From assembly GCA_000934665.2 (NCBI GenBank), contig KZ539036.1, positions 1 through 35,712 on the forward strand: 35,712 bases of DNA, read 5' to 3'. Numbering within the stretch: position 1 is the first letter of the stretch; every line of letters begins with the position of its first letter. Shown here piece after piece: positions 1 through 13,300 of the stretch. The notes beneath the pieces were generated by a model that saw only the letters and a program-made list of their open reading frames with translations, ran no database searches and was not told the DNA's origin. Source of the DNA: Catajapyx aquilonaris. Taxonomy: Eukaryota. The position numbers were made by a program, and so were the translations under genes.

Positions 1-57
1 TATTTTGGTGACCTATTTTTTCACAGTAAAAAGGAGGTCTTGGTTTGATTTTCCGCC

Positions 58-207
58 ATCCTTGTGAGGACTGTGTACCTTATGAGGGCCTGAAAAAGTC
101 CTCGTAAGGTTTTCGGTCCTCACAAGGATAGGAAACAAGCGAAAAAAATCCTCACAAGGATACGCGTAGCAATGTCTGATCACACACACACACCCACACA
201 CACACAC
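58..207. mobile_element. Probable end of a non-autonomous DNA element with repeated subterminal motifs, abutting a (CA)n tract
   Basis: Five copies of a ~12-mer (ccttgtgaggac / gtcctcacaagg): 60 and 78 in one orientation; 98, 116 and 148 in the opposite orientation; then (CA)n at 181-207. The other end would lie outside the window. Confidence 0.45.
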
Positions 208-2739
208 CTCCTCGCCGTGGGGCCAGTGAAAAGGGTTGCTTCAAGACCAGGATAAAGTGGCCAAAACAATAAATTTGAGCCCCATAGTACTTTTTCCTTA
301 GAGTTACCGCACGAGTTAACCTTATAGGCGAGTGCTGATGGTTGTATTGCTTCAGGATGCGTCTGTTTTGACTGCCTGTAGTGCAGTAACCTACTGCACA
401 GAAAGTATGTAAAGCATTACATTCAATGTAGAGGTGTTGTTGTGCAGATTCCCAGGTAGATGGCGAGGCAGGACAGAAGTTCTGTAAATGTAAGATATTT
501 GAGAGGCAGACTGCAACGCCACAGTACACTGCAGTGCATTTGGAAACTACCTGGTGTACTAAATTCGACTAAATTACTGCATTCCGGGAAATATTTATCT
601 GCAAGCAATCATTAGGAAGGAAAGGAGAATGAGATCTGATATGGTTAGGGAAATATATAGCCTATAATGGACGTTAAATGTTAAACTCAAACGTGTCTTT
701 CAACTAGGAATTTTCAGCCTAAACATGATTTGATATTTCCCCCCAAAAAATTGTGGAGGTTGTTTTCAATCCATGCCAGTCCCATCTGAACTTTTTCTTT
801 GCGTCTGTACCTGATTTTTCTCCATTGTAGAGAGAAGTTTGAAAGCCAGTGACGCCAAATTGTAGGCCCTACTTAATGATCAGAATGCGGCCTTAGAATG
901 GTCGTGGGGAGAGTGTGAGCTGTCGAATCAGATGTTTTATATACGTATTTATGTCCGTTTCATACAAGTATGTACCCATTTATTTCAGTTCAGGTAAAAG
1001 TAATAATATTGTCACCTACAGTATATACTATATAGTGAAAGAATTATGATGGAGGAGAAGACATTACATAGGCCTGCAGACTGCACTCTAGAAAGGCCTT
1101 TCCTGCTTGATATTTCTAGTTGGCATGTGGTATGGTCAGTTGTAATACTGTCGGGAGGCACATTTAAAGGTGTGGAAGGGGGGAGGGAATCCTCTTTTGA
1201 CGTTTCCGAGATAATCGATAATCAAATGTTGCTCTTCAATGCTGAGACATAAAGATTAAGGTTTCCCTTCCCAGAAACCAAATCGTTGAATATTTGAGAG
1301 AAGCTCATCCGCATCATTCCCACTGACAAAGTTCCACTATTTGGAGCATATTTATATACTGTATAATTATTTTCAGGTGTAGTTTAACTAGTAACAGTAC
1401 TGATATAATTATACCTCCGTACCTGTAATATTTTGCTTGACATATTTTCACCAGCCATTACTCTGATTATACATGTGTATGTTAATTAATATGGCAGTGA
1501 ACGAAATGTACACAAAGACAATGCACAGGAAGGAGGAAGAGGGGAAGGACAATAGCGCATACATAATAATTAATATGAGGTGAAGGAATATATATCTCGA
1601 ATTTATGTATACGTGAAGAAAAGCAGAGGATTTTCATGCAGAATAATCATTTGCGCAAGTATACGATGCAGCTGTTATGACTCACATAGTCAAAATTAAC
1701 TCAATGTGAATAATAACTGTATACTCCATGATAATGAGTGTGCCTTCTCATCCACGCCCCTTATGTTAGTTAAAGGATGTGGATTGGGATCCTCGTGAGA
1801 AGTTATGGTTGCACTTTCCATTTGGCAGGTTTTTGCATACCTTAGGCACCATGGGAAGGTACGTGCACGTGCCAATTAAATGGAACTAGCAAAGAAATGT
1901 AAAATACGAGTATCACGCACAAAATTGAACGGTTCGGCCTTCTGCCTGCGGTACCTGACAAGAGTTGCATCTGATTCCTCAACAGTTCTTGGGGCCAAAT
2001 AACATGAATCGGGTACAATTTTTTTTCCTGACCTATTTCAGTGTTTTTATATTGTGAGTTGGGTTCAAATCATTATTAGGCAACCACGGGTCGTTCTTCA
2101 CGTTCTAGTTTAGCATGTATGCTGCGTATAATTATTTGTTCCGGGTATTTAGACGCGAAGAAGAGAGTCAGTTTGCCCTAGACTGAGCCAGCTTACTTCT
2201 TTGTATAGTTGAGGAAGATCAGTAGGTTTGACCGCCAGGAGAGAGAGAGAGAGTGGAAGGAGGAGGCACAGAGGACAGGGAGACGGGCACTTTGACCTAC
2301 AATGGTGGATCTGGTTATTCTGTCACTGAACAGAATTGAACAAGGGCACTGTAGTGTAAAATGCAGAGAAAAGGAATCAAGAGTTGCATAATATATTGTA
2401 GAGCTGTATAAAGCCCACACAATTAATGTCATACCGGTCGTAATACAACCCAAGGTTTTCTTTTATTATTTGTTAAAGAAATATTATATATTATAATACT
2501 ACCACTCCACACACGTTGCCTTATAAGTATAACTGCCCAACAATCCACCCAAAGCCAATGCAGGCAATCAATTTCAAGGATAATGCATCTGTACGATATA
2601 CTGTATAAGGAAAGAAGTACCGGTAATAATAGCCGAACTGGTACTTTCTTGAAAGCAAACGATTAATTCCGATATTAATTTATTTCTGTCAAACAATTAT
2701 GCGGAGAGCAGTTCATAATAACGACCTGCCATGATGTTA

Positions 2740-2810
2740 TACCCAAGGATACGAACTCATAACCTTTAGATTGAGAACGTGAAGCTTAAACATTTACTCT
2801 TGACTGCCTC
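2740..2810 (-). mobile_element. Degraded tRNA-derived SINE head
   Basis: Minus strand ...aaaggttatgaGTTCGTATCCttggg is a B-box-like motif in a T-arm context; the A box is decayed. Confidence 0.3.
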
Positions 2811-5668
2811 TGCTTGAATTGCGCATTAATATCCTTCAGAAATTAACACACAATGTTTTTATTGACCCTTACGAGACCAATCTTCAAACTTTTTCAGCCC
2901 AAAGTTGCGTCAGTGGCACCCAATTGGTTAGCTTAATGATGGGAATTAAATAGAAAAAAATTTTATGCTGAAATCTTTGTAAGTTAGTACAAAAAAGGTA
3001 ACTTTCAATGTCAGTTGAGCAATTATCGAGAAATACATAAGGGTTGCAACATAACTGTGGCTGGTGAGCATATATAGTCTGTAGATGCACTTACGACATG
3101 AACCTGAGGATAAGGTTACGTTGCATTCTCGTGCACAGAATTGGTCTGGCTCTGTCAATAATATTGCCCTATTTATTTTAACGGTAAGCTGTATGAAAGC
3201 CAATAAAAAGTCCTCGACTACTCGCTATTAATTAATTGAATTGCTATCCACATTATAAAGTTTTTCGCTCTTTTGCGTTGATACAACCGGTTTAATACAT
3301 ATCCCAACCGCCTGCAATATCGTCATAATATGATGCCATGATGCATGATGAAAATCATTAATGACATGCAACATCCCTGATTAAAATATGCATGCTGAAT
3401 CCTGCATGTATAAGAACCTTTTCTTAGCCCCCACTCTATGACACAAGCTAACAGTCAGTATGAATACCTGCTGCATGCTAACATCAGGAAGTAACCTGCC
3501 AATTAATGCGTAATGTGTGTCATTCACGCTATGTTTTCAATATGCACCAGGTTAAAATATACTTGAGATCACTTTCCTGTAAAGTTACAGTCTAGTTCGC
3601 ACCCACAAAGGAGTTTGCTACCATTGAGAAAGAGTCCAGCAAAAGTTACTAACCAACCTCGCGTGCACACGCTATAAAAAGGTCAATGAATAATAAGAGA
3701 AACATCAGGTGTCGCTGAGCATAACTCCTTGCATCAATCCGCAAGAGCGCGAGTGCGCTTTTTTGTTGCTTTATTTTTCTTTGGAAAACCATGTCTCGTT
3801 GCTTCAGACTGTCAAGCAACGAACAACTGGCTACATTCGACACATACATAACAAGTTCTCGTCATTTTTCCATTTTGCAGAATATATTGTAGTTTTACTT
3901 ATAGTACACATTGGTATATATTTTGAAAAGAGCGCTGTAATGATTTCACTAATTACGTTGAGAGTCAATCTAGCCGTTGTATCTGCAGCATGCGTTCATG
4001 TCCCTTTTGAGAAAGCCAGGAAGTGCTGTGGTGCATTAACGTGTGAGCCAGCGGGTATTGTTCACCCCCATATATCACAACATGTGTGATCGGTCACTTA
4101 GGATGATTTCACTTGTTTCCTCACTGAAGTAATGACAATTTCATCATCTGGGGGGAGGGGGGTGTTAATATATTGCGCGATGTACAGTATACTGCAGGTA
4201 TACTGTCAAGTTTATTACAAAGTTCATTGTAGCTACTGTTGCACGTCTGAGTGTATTTGACTCGCTAAAATGTGCGGGGGTTTTATTCCAGGCTTTGCCT
4301 TCCTTGTCTTGAGTTGCCTCTAAGCTCCGACAATATTTTCCGGCTTCTGGTGTGAATGTTCCCCTTGCTGGCAGGTCTGGTGAACGGTTTAAACCGGTTT
4401 ATGTGGATCTTTAGCTGAATAGTGCCAGTGACCCAGTCCCGGCGCAATTTCATCCGGCTTGGTTTTTCTGTATTACACATTTCTAGAATACATGGTCAAG
4501 GTCTGAGGAGCAATGTACGCAGAATTTTGAATCAGTAAGTGTTTGTTGTAGTTGTCAATACCGTATATTGTTCATGAATGTGTTATGAAATAGCACGTGC
4601 GAGTATTATTTGGCCTGTAGAGAAACATTAAGGCAGTTCATATAATAGTGTACACGTTACGAAGCAAATCTTATCCGAAATGTGGAGAATTTGCACTGAA
4701 CATATAACTAAACATTTGTTAAAAATTTTGGCTTAAATTGATGTGTTATGTAATAGCTATAATTATGAAAATGGTAGTCTATACTAATGCAATTAGCTAG
4801 ATTTTGAAACTGCCAGCCTGCATCAGTAACACATAACCTTGGAAAAGGGGCAATCGTCGTAATTATATCACTAATTTCAACCTTTGCGTGTTATGATCCC
4901 TTTTGCGAAAGCCACAAGTTGCAAAATTCATTTTAAAACAACAGTCAGAAGTTGCCAATTCTTTGCCTGTCACCCATCAACATATTGCATTATCTGATGA
5001 GTAGCAGTTTCATATCAAGACGTGCGTCGAGGTGAATCGAGAATCTCAACAATGACCAAAAGAAAATAATTGCAACAACCTCTTTGTAGGGCAGCATCCT
5101 TCCGAGGCACGGCATCTCGCATCCATGAACAACATTCGAGCAGGCGACACACATTTCGTACAGGTGTAAAAGGGATCACCGAGAGGACGTCCTGCAAATA
5201 ATTACACCTTCTGTGTTTCATCACGCTTGTCCTTTTCACAATAAGTGACATACACCCGGAAAGCAATTAGCTGGTTAGCGCTGTCGAACATAAAGGTGAG
5301 GATAAGGACAATCGTGTTAAGGGAAAGAGACAGGATCGCTCATGTGCACAGCACACGTATGCCTTTTGGCGTAACCTTTTTTTTCTTCTTCTTCTTCGTC
5401 CTTTTTTTTTGTTGTTGCCTGAGGCGGAATGTACTGTACAGTACGTACTGGGTTGTTGCAAGGTGGAGAAGGGGCAGGGGGTGGAAGGAGGTGCGTGGTA
5501 GGACGGTGGAAGGGAGAGAGTTCACTTGATGAGATGTCAGTTGTATCAGGATAGCGGAGCAGGAGAGGCGACTTTGTTCCCAGCTGGTAATTTCGCATTC
5601 ATATTTTTTTGATGTGCACAAATGTTTTCATCCGTATCGTAGAACCATTTATGATAAAACTAAGCTGA

Positions 5669-5670
<2 letters not shown>

Positions 5671-5752
<82 letters not shown>

Positions 5753-5784
5753 GTGGTAGTAGTAGTAGTAGTAGTAGTAGTAGT
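5671..5784. repeat. Compound microsatellite (TTA)27 then (AGT)9
   Basis: (TTA)n 5671-5751 and (AGT)n 5758-5784 are directly visible. Confidence 0.97.
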
Positions 5785-6379
5785 GATGATTACTTATCGT
5801 TCAATATGTGAGGCAATATTTTGAATGCTGTGAACCGGAACAGCAGTACCTTTAAGATTGCCTCTAACAGGTTGATGCACTGACCGTGACACGCATTGAA
5901 CCCTGTGCAGCAGATAGACACGCTCCATCAAAGCTCAACGACTTTCTGATGATTTTTAGTGGGAGTGATACATGGCAACGAGGTCATATTTTTGTTAGTT
6001 GAAATAGGCACGGCGTTATTGTTCCAAGCGCATAGCATTAATTTAAATAAGTTTTTGACAACCAATTTTTCACTGCATTTACTCAGAAGGCAAACACTTT
6101 TGATCGACATGGCTGTTTTCTTTTTACGTAAAGTGATCAGCATTATATCATTCTGCATTTACTGCAATCGTGAAACCGGTCTCGGTAATATTATGGCGTT
6201 ACATAATGTTGTAAGCATGCTATTGTCTAAATGAAGAAATACTGCTGACACTGTGGCCCTGTGGGCTGTACTGTATAATAAAGGCTTACATCAGGAGGAG
6301 ACTTCTCAAAATGAAGTACGATGAGTTTGGCAGGACAGGGAAGTATACAAAAAAGAGGTTCCAGGACAGTTTATAGTCA

Positions 6380-6640
6380 CGTTGAAAATTGATTTTTAAA
6401 AAGAGGCGATGAGGTCAGGTTTTTAAGAACAAATGGGATGGTTGGTTGGGGAAGTGGAGTGAAGTGGGTTAACACCAGGCTAATACTCTGAGGTGAACAG
6501 AAAAGCCAGTGATGCGAAGAGGTGTTTGGGTGGAGAGGGTCGGAGGAATTGTGGAATGCAGTTACTAAGCAGTTGTGCCCGTATAGAACTTCAGATATGG
6601 TCAATTAAGTCAATAATACCTGGACGTGTCAGTACAGAAG
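6380..6640 (-). mobile_element. Possible degenerate non-LTR retrotransposon (I/Jockey-group) fragment
   Basis: Minus-strand frames give ISEVLYG...DPLHPN, LRITGF and SPQSISL, resembling the post-RT segment (..DYG..DPIH..LR..TGAF..SP..SL) of I-group LINEs, with frameshifts. Confidence 0.3.
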
Positions 6641-7292
6641 TGCAATGCAAGAGGCTGACGTATGGTACTCGGGTTTCGTGACATACCATACAGAGTAATG
6701 CGTGTATAATCCTACCAAACTAAACTTATGTCAATAACATTTCATAATTCCAAGGAGAAATTTATACTCGTTTATGCACTGTAGCTAATTTTGCAAGATG
6801 TTGCATAAGCTCACACCAACTTATATAACAGTCATTCATCAATCACCCTATAAGTTGTCAGCTTTAAGTTACCAAGAAGTGACTTATCCATATTTATTTA
6901 AATGATTGTTAATTCGTATGTAAGTTATTTCAAGATGTTTTATCTACGCTGTGTTGAATAACATTTCAGTTTTATTTCAGACTAACTTTTGTAAAGAATC
7001 ATGTCACATAAAGTAGAAAATTGGCGCCGCCCATTCTGTAAGATTTATTTGATACAGTATTATTATAATTGAACCACAATGAATAATAATTTACATATGG
7101 CATGTTTTTAAGTTAATTGAAGCGCTGTAGATGAATCATTGTTTAATTTTATTGTTTTATTAGTATAATATAACATAGACCTCACACGGGATAGATACTC
7201 AGTGTAAGCGAAAATCAATGTCAATTATTTTTACTTCCTTCCAGGAGTGCAGTGAGTGCTGATAATTTTGTGGGACAGGAAACACAATCAAT

Positions 7293-7310
7293 ATGTCCTC
7301 CCCGATACAG
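7293..7310 (+). CDS. ALDH3A2: ALDH3 putative first coding exon (MSSPIQ); whole exon 7245-7310 including 5' UTR
   Basis: Acceptor ttacttccttccag ends 7244. In-frame stops TGA TAA lie upstream of aatATG at 7293. Donor CAG|gtttgt is phase 0 and joins to give [15 protein letters not shown], a normal ALDH3 N-terminal length. Confidence 0.6.
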
Positions 7311-10300
7311 GTTTGTTTGAATTATTGTTGTATAGGTGTGGAACGGTGTGGGAAAATTCTAAAGGACGCGAAACCACCTTCCTATACATATAGTCAAAAT
7401 AATACACTCCAGTGAAGTGTTTAATAACTGCACAGTTAGAGTGGAGTGTCACTACCATGATATAGAATAGCCTGCATGCATGCACGTAACTTTGCAGGTG
7501 GAAGTACTGCTGCAGGTATAGTCTGGGATGCGAAAAGTAACCAAAATTTCCCCCTCCTCCATCTTCCCTCTTATGCCACTGTTGATCTAAATTATTATTA
7601 TTTTGACCCTCTTTCCTTCTTGGTGTAAGCAGTAAAACCTAGTCAAACAGTCAAATGCATCCGGCTTCTCATGAAAAGGTACATTACACGCACAGTCTGC
7701 GGGCATCTTACTTGGCTAACAATATATTGTCTCTTGGTTTCACAGATGGCATATTATTTTCCCTTGCATGTAGAGCAATGGTGCTACTTGTAATTGTTAC
7801 ATTCGGTTCATTTAGGTAACAGTATTTGAATCGGCACATCCTTGCTTGTGGCTAATTGCATGGAAGGAACATCACTTTTGGAATGACATTTTCCAGACTC
7901 CAGCAGATTTTGACGATCTTGGCTTATTGGAAGGTGTCATCAAGCTATGAAACTGTATAAGATTATTTTTCGTAGCCTATCTTTTTTACTTCAACTAATT
8001 CCCCATCCAATTCCTGATATTTTTGTATCAAGTGAGGAGCCTTTTATCGTTCTATCTTACCACCAAATAGAATTTTGGGCCCTATGTGGAGTGCCGAAAA
8101 TAAATTCTTTCACAATCACTTGCGACCCAAAAACGGGGCTAAATTTTTGAAACATGCTTCAGGCATCGCAACTTCAATTCCACATATTTTTGTGCCCAAT
8201 GAATGAGTGTGTCGTGTTATGCTATCAACAGTAGGCTACCACAAAGTACGAGTATACTGTATAGCTTTGGGCCTTACCTGCAGGAGGTACCGATTAAAAA
8301 TATCCCTTGAGATAACAAGGGGAAATAAAGTCTAAAATGTATACATTTAATGTATGCTCTCGAGGGCAAAATGTTTTATGTACGGTATTTAATAATAAAT
8401 ACTTAGAATACTTCCGTACGCTTAAAGTTGTCACAAAAGCCGAAAACAACCGCAATAAAAAACGTCACTTCATTTTCATTTACCTTCATCACCATCATTC
8501 AGTTGTCTGAAATATATCTGGTTCAAACTTTTGATATATCCCTTTCTTGGTTGTGTGTTGATATAAAACGCTCTTCCCTGATCACAAGAATATCCGGAAT
8601 TGGAGGTATAGAGAAAGTTGTGAAAAATTAGGTCAAAAGCCACGGAAGAAAATCTTATAGGTATAATAAACACAATTATTAAGTTATGCTTGTCGATAAG
8701 GCAATGCGTCAATGCCTCAATGGTATACACAGGTGGTGACATTTCACGAAATGTGATTCTTATTCATCTATGTGCCACAGAAAGGAAGTTGAAAAAAAAC
8801 TGTGAATAGGCGTCATGAGCTTACCAGAGGTCGCATCTTCATGACTCCCCCGCATGAGCGGATATGTCAAACAGCGCATGATTTAGCCCAATTTCATAAT
8901 TTTATAACACCAAGTGTACCTTCCAGTGCAACGGTTTGTCAAAACCGGCTGATGTTGTGTCGGAAGAATGACTGAAGTTGATATGGAATATTATCCGTGC
9001 ACAGTTTGGCATTTCATAACAAGAACTACGCTGAGTTAAATATCCCCCTATACCTTTAATGTTTCACAGACAATAATCTGTACGGTAAACCCCTGAAAAA
9101 TTTCTCCTAAGTGAATGTAGTAATTACTTTTTAGTCCTATTAACCCCCAGTTTATGGAGAGTGACAAGTATGATGACAATAATTATTACCGTCTGCTGTG
9201 GGTGTCACGCTGCTAGACTGTGCCCCAGCTGAATAAAATTACTAGACTTTGTTGTCTACATCGCGAAACTGCATACAAAGTGCACAAGATTGTATCACTT
9301 TGTGTGGACTGTATACTATGTCGGAATCATTATTCCAGACTGCAAATGGGAACACTGTAGTGCTCGATTTCCGCATTCAGTGACCGTTACTTACACACGT
9401 TTTTGGCGAGGTCCCCTTTCAGTCCGTCATGGTCCGACCAACCTCAAAGTCGTTACACGTCTCTGCAATTTTAATGGAATTATTTCAGCGCCAGAAGGAT
9501 CGCTGACACCGTTTGGGTATAATGGTGAACCTGATTCGGGTGCATCATGTCTGGATCAGAATGCACCTCCATATAATTAGTCAAAGAAAAAAAGCACATT
9601 ATTTTTTAACTCTGAGACATGATGTTGGGGGTTTTTCATCGTCTCATGTTGTTTCGATATTTCAATATTGGCATAATAATATTTGTGAAAGATATGAATG
9701 TGATGTTCTGACGGATAGCTTTCCTTTCCTTTTTTGCACCACATCGCAAAGATTTCTCATCGATTTCAGATCAATGTTCATTACATTTTTTTTAAATTGC
9801 CATCTTTCCTGAAACGAATCTTGACGTAGAACAGCTGTCAAAAGCTAGACATTTTTTTTGCTTGGCGTAAAGTTGCATGCTCTTCGTCACTTGCTTTTCC
9901 ACGAGTTTTCTTATTTTACAATGCTAATTACGGCATACGTCCTATACCGTAGAGTGCATGTAACGCGATGGGAGCGGAACTTGGCCTGGTAAACAAGATT
10001 TCAAAATTAAGTGCCTTGTGCTTAACTCAAGGTTTTGAGTAGGCTACAGCAAGGAAGAGCTACTATATTGCCACAATATTGTATTCATACCATCTATTAC
10101 AGGCTGCTTTTATTAATAAGCTTTTATTAATGGCGCACAATTAAACAATTTGATAAAATGCAGCTTAATGGTGCCGGTACAGAACAAGATAAAGGGTTAC
10201 ATGCCCTCGCAACACTTTGCCAAAACCATTTTTGTAGGAAATCATACGGTATTTTTGGAAAAATTATTGTCAGATGCAAAGTATTGTAATCTTTTTGTTA

Positions 10301-13300
10301 TATAAAACGGCTAGACTGGTACGATACAAACATTATCAGTCGCAAAAATTGAAGTTTTTTTGATGGGGAAGAAGTGAAATCATGCGCTAAGAAGTCTGCC
10401 CGAAACATATTTCGCATTCCCCCCCCCCCCCCCNNNNNNNNNNNNNNNNNNNNNNNNNNNNNNNNNNNNNNNAGGGGGGGGGGGGGGGTTCTGTATTCAC
10501 GAGAATTTCATTGGGCAAGATGACCCTGAAAGAAACTCGTTCCAGGGCGAGGTGGTGTCCATGTAATTGCCCACAATATTGTACATCTTAATCATTGTGA
10601 TGACCAGATAGCAAAAAATCTCAAACTCACACATAAAACTGTAGTATGGAAAAATGTGTGAGTAGAACCTGTCGATTAAGAATTTTCCATTGTGGAGTAC
10701 TAGTAATATCAGGTAATATGTATGCACATATAAAAAGCGATGGAACTTTTTTGAAATTAAAATTAGTATGCTATTACGATGTCGTAATACAACAATGTTC
10801 ATAAAATCAAAAATGAAGGTCACTTATAAGGCTATAAGGAATTTTTTTGACATTTGTGACCTACACACTTTCAAGTAAAGTTCATTTAGGCTAATTAATA
10901 AAACGTGTATCAATATAAACTATAACAGTAGTGTGCAGACTATCGTGGTCATGTTCAATGAGTGTTCCTACTGTATGAGCTTTAAAAGTTCAACTTATAT
11001 TGTTGGCGTTAAATGTGCGTTTTAACCTTGTAATAACTGACATAGCTTGCAGACATAATGATATGTTCTTTTTTTGAGTTCAAAATGAGGAGTATAGGCT
11101 ATGTGCATTACTCGAAGTTTCCAGAAGTCCCGTGGGGAATTTCCATCCGATCTTTTCCTGCAAACGTCGAGTACACAACTCGCTATATGATATCTAATTA
11201 TTAATAAAATGTTTCACTTGAAAAAACGATGTTAAAAACAAGTGCAGTTTCCCACATCGTAGTTTACTAAACAGTGATAACATCTTCTAGCAATATAGAA
11301 ATATATGGATGTCATATTAAGCTATCATGTCTCGCATCATGTAAAATACAGTCACTGAGTCAGTCAACAGCTTAATACTTATTTTGATTTGATCGGCCTG
11401 CGGCAGCGGCCAATTTGCCGACCAACACAGCACAACGCTTCAACATTATCATCACATATGTCACACAAAAAATACATCTCAACACATCAAAAGCATCATA
11501 AGAACATTATCTCAAGAAAATGATTTTTACTCCGTAGCACAAAAATGTAACAATAGAAATCGCACACGAGAGCCTAATACTAGTAATACAACACACATAG
11601 TGTAAAAAAACAATATTTGTCCCATCATATATCCAAGCTGAAGTTCTATAACGACTACATCTTCGCTCGTGTTGATATTTTCAAGAAAATATTAATTCCC
11701 ATCACATTGCATTAAAGTGTCAAAAATGAACACTTTCAGGCAGTGGAGACGGCTAGAAGCGCATTCAAGAATGGACGTACGCTGGACATCAAATTTCGTA
11801 CAACCCAGCTGAAAAATCTTATTCGGATGTACGAAGAGAATGAAGATGCCCTGGTAAAGAGCTCCAGCGAAGGCGTGCAGAAGCCGAAACATGAGGCATT
11901 GATGTACGAAATTTTTATGGTAAGTACAGACAGTGTAACATGATAAGATAGATAACCTATATTGTTAGTCCCATGTTTACCTATTATAATTATTCTGGTA
12001 CCCATATAGGTGTTGAGCGAATTTCATAACATCTTACGCAACCTGGAGTCTTGGGCAACTCCGGAGGATCTGCCCATGAACATAGGAGTTCCCACAGAAA
12101 AAGTACAGATTCGGAGAGACCCTTACGGACTCGTCCTCATTTTGGGCACATGGAACTACCCTCTGATGCTCAGCTTGATACCCTTAGCCGGCGCCATTGC
12201 CGCCGGAAATTGCGTCATCCTGAAGCCTTCGGAAATCTCTCCGGTTGCTTCATCTACTCTCGCCAAGCTCATTCCGGCCTACCTCGATCCGGTGAGTAGC
12301 ATGCTGCCTTCTGATTTTTTTAAAAAACACTTATTGTTAGCCTCTTCCAGTGCTCTTTTCCACGCAATACTCTGCTTGCGTGCCTGGACCAGTTCCTTCT
12401 TGCCACCCGCTGATATGCAGTTCCTCCCAATTACGTAATAACCAAAATGCGATCAAAGGCCTTGTATAAAATAGGACATTGTGATCAAGGAATGCATAAT
12501 GTGCCATGAGGTTTACCAAGTTTAAGTTTATATCTTGGAAGGTGGACGAGCAGTATAATATACATTGCAAATCTTAAGATGTACAGTACAGTACATGTAT
12601 TTACAAGCTTGAAAAATGCAAGAGACATTTTAGCCTATAGGCGAGAGGTCTCGCTGTTGCATGAGTGCACGCTAAGAAAGCACACCATGCTAATTATACG
12701 ATGGTGTAACTCACTGAAGCGTTACAGAAGCAGCTTCAAGCTAAAAGTAAAATAAACGCATATACAGATCTATGACTATAGCATTTCCTGATAACATCTG
12801 ATAATACAGCACTATAAATATAGGCCAATTTTGTTTCTAGAACCATAAAAATATTACGCCTGAGAAACTGGCTGACCTTTTCGCCTTGCCGCCAGTATAT
12901 ACTCTAACACGATCAAAGGATCATGAAAATGTTGTTATTTCATTACAGGAATGTTACCACGTGGTAGAAGGAGGGCATTCAGTGGTGGAGAAACTTCTGG
13001 AGCAGCGTTTTGATTATATTTTTTACACGGGGTCTACTCGTGTTGGAAGGCTTATACATGCAGCAGCTAATCGACACTTGACACCAACAACACTTGAACT
13101 TGGCGGAAAAAAGTTAGTAACACGTCTAATAACATTCCACAAACAAGTGGGCAAATCAACTGATTGTGCATATAGGTAATGCAAAGAACTTGCGTAACTG
13201 AGTGAGAAATGCATAAGGGCAATGAATTTTGTATTTATTTATGAAAAGATTTAATATCAATTTTGTTACTTAAATCAAATGCCACATATGTAACTCAATA

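Noticed and set aside
5060..5200. Minus-strand acceptor followed by Cys-containing open frames
   Set aside because: No recognisable domain and no partner exons to build a gene model.
5614..5811. ORF with poly-Leu/poly-Ser resembling a signal or TM peptide
   Set aside because: It is just the translation of the (TTA)n/(AGT)n microsatellite.
7960..8060. Minus-strand peptide IRNWMGN, reminiscent of an RdRP motif
   Set aside because: Seven-residue coincidence surrounded by stops; no other RdRP motifs nearby.
11726..11740. caaaaATG as the ALDH start codon
   Set aside because: Out of frame with the ALDH exon, which is preceded by a ttcag acceptor.
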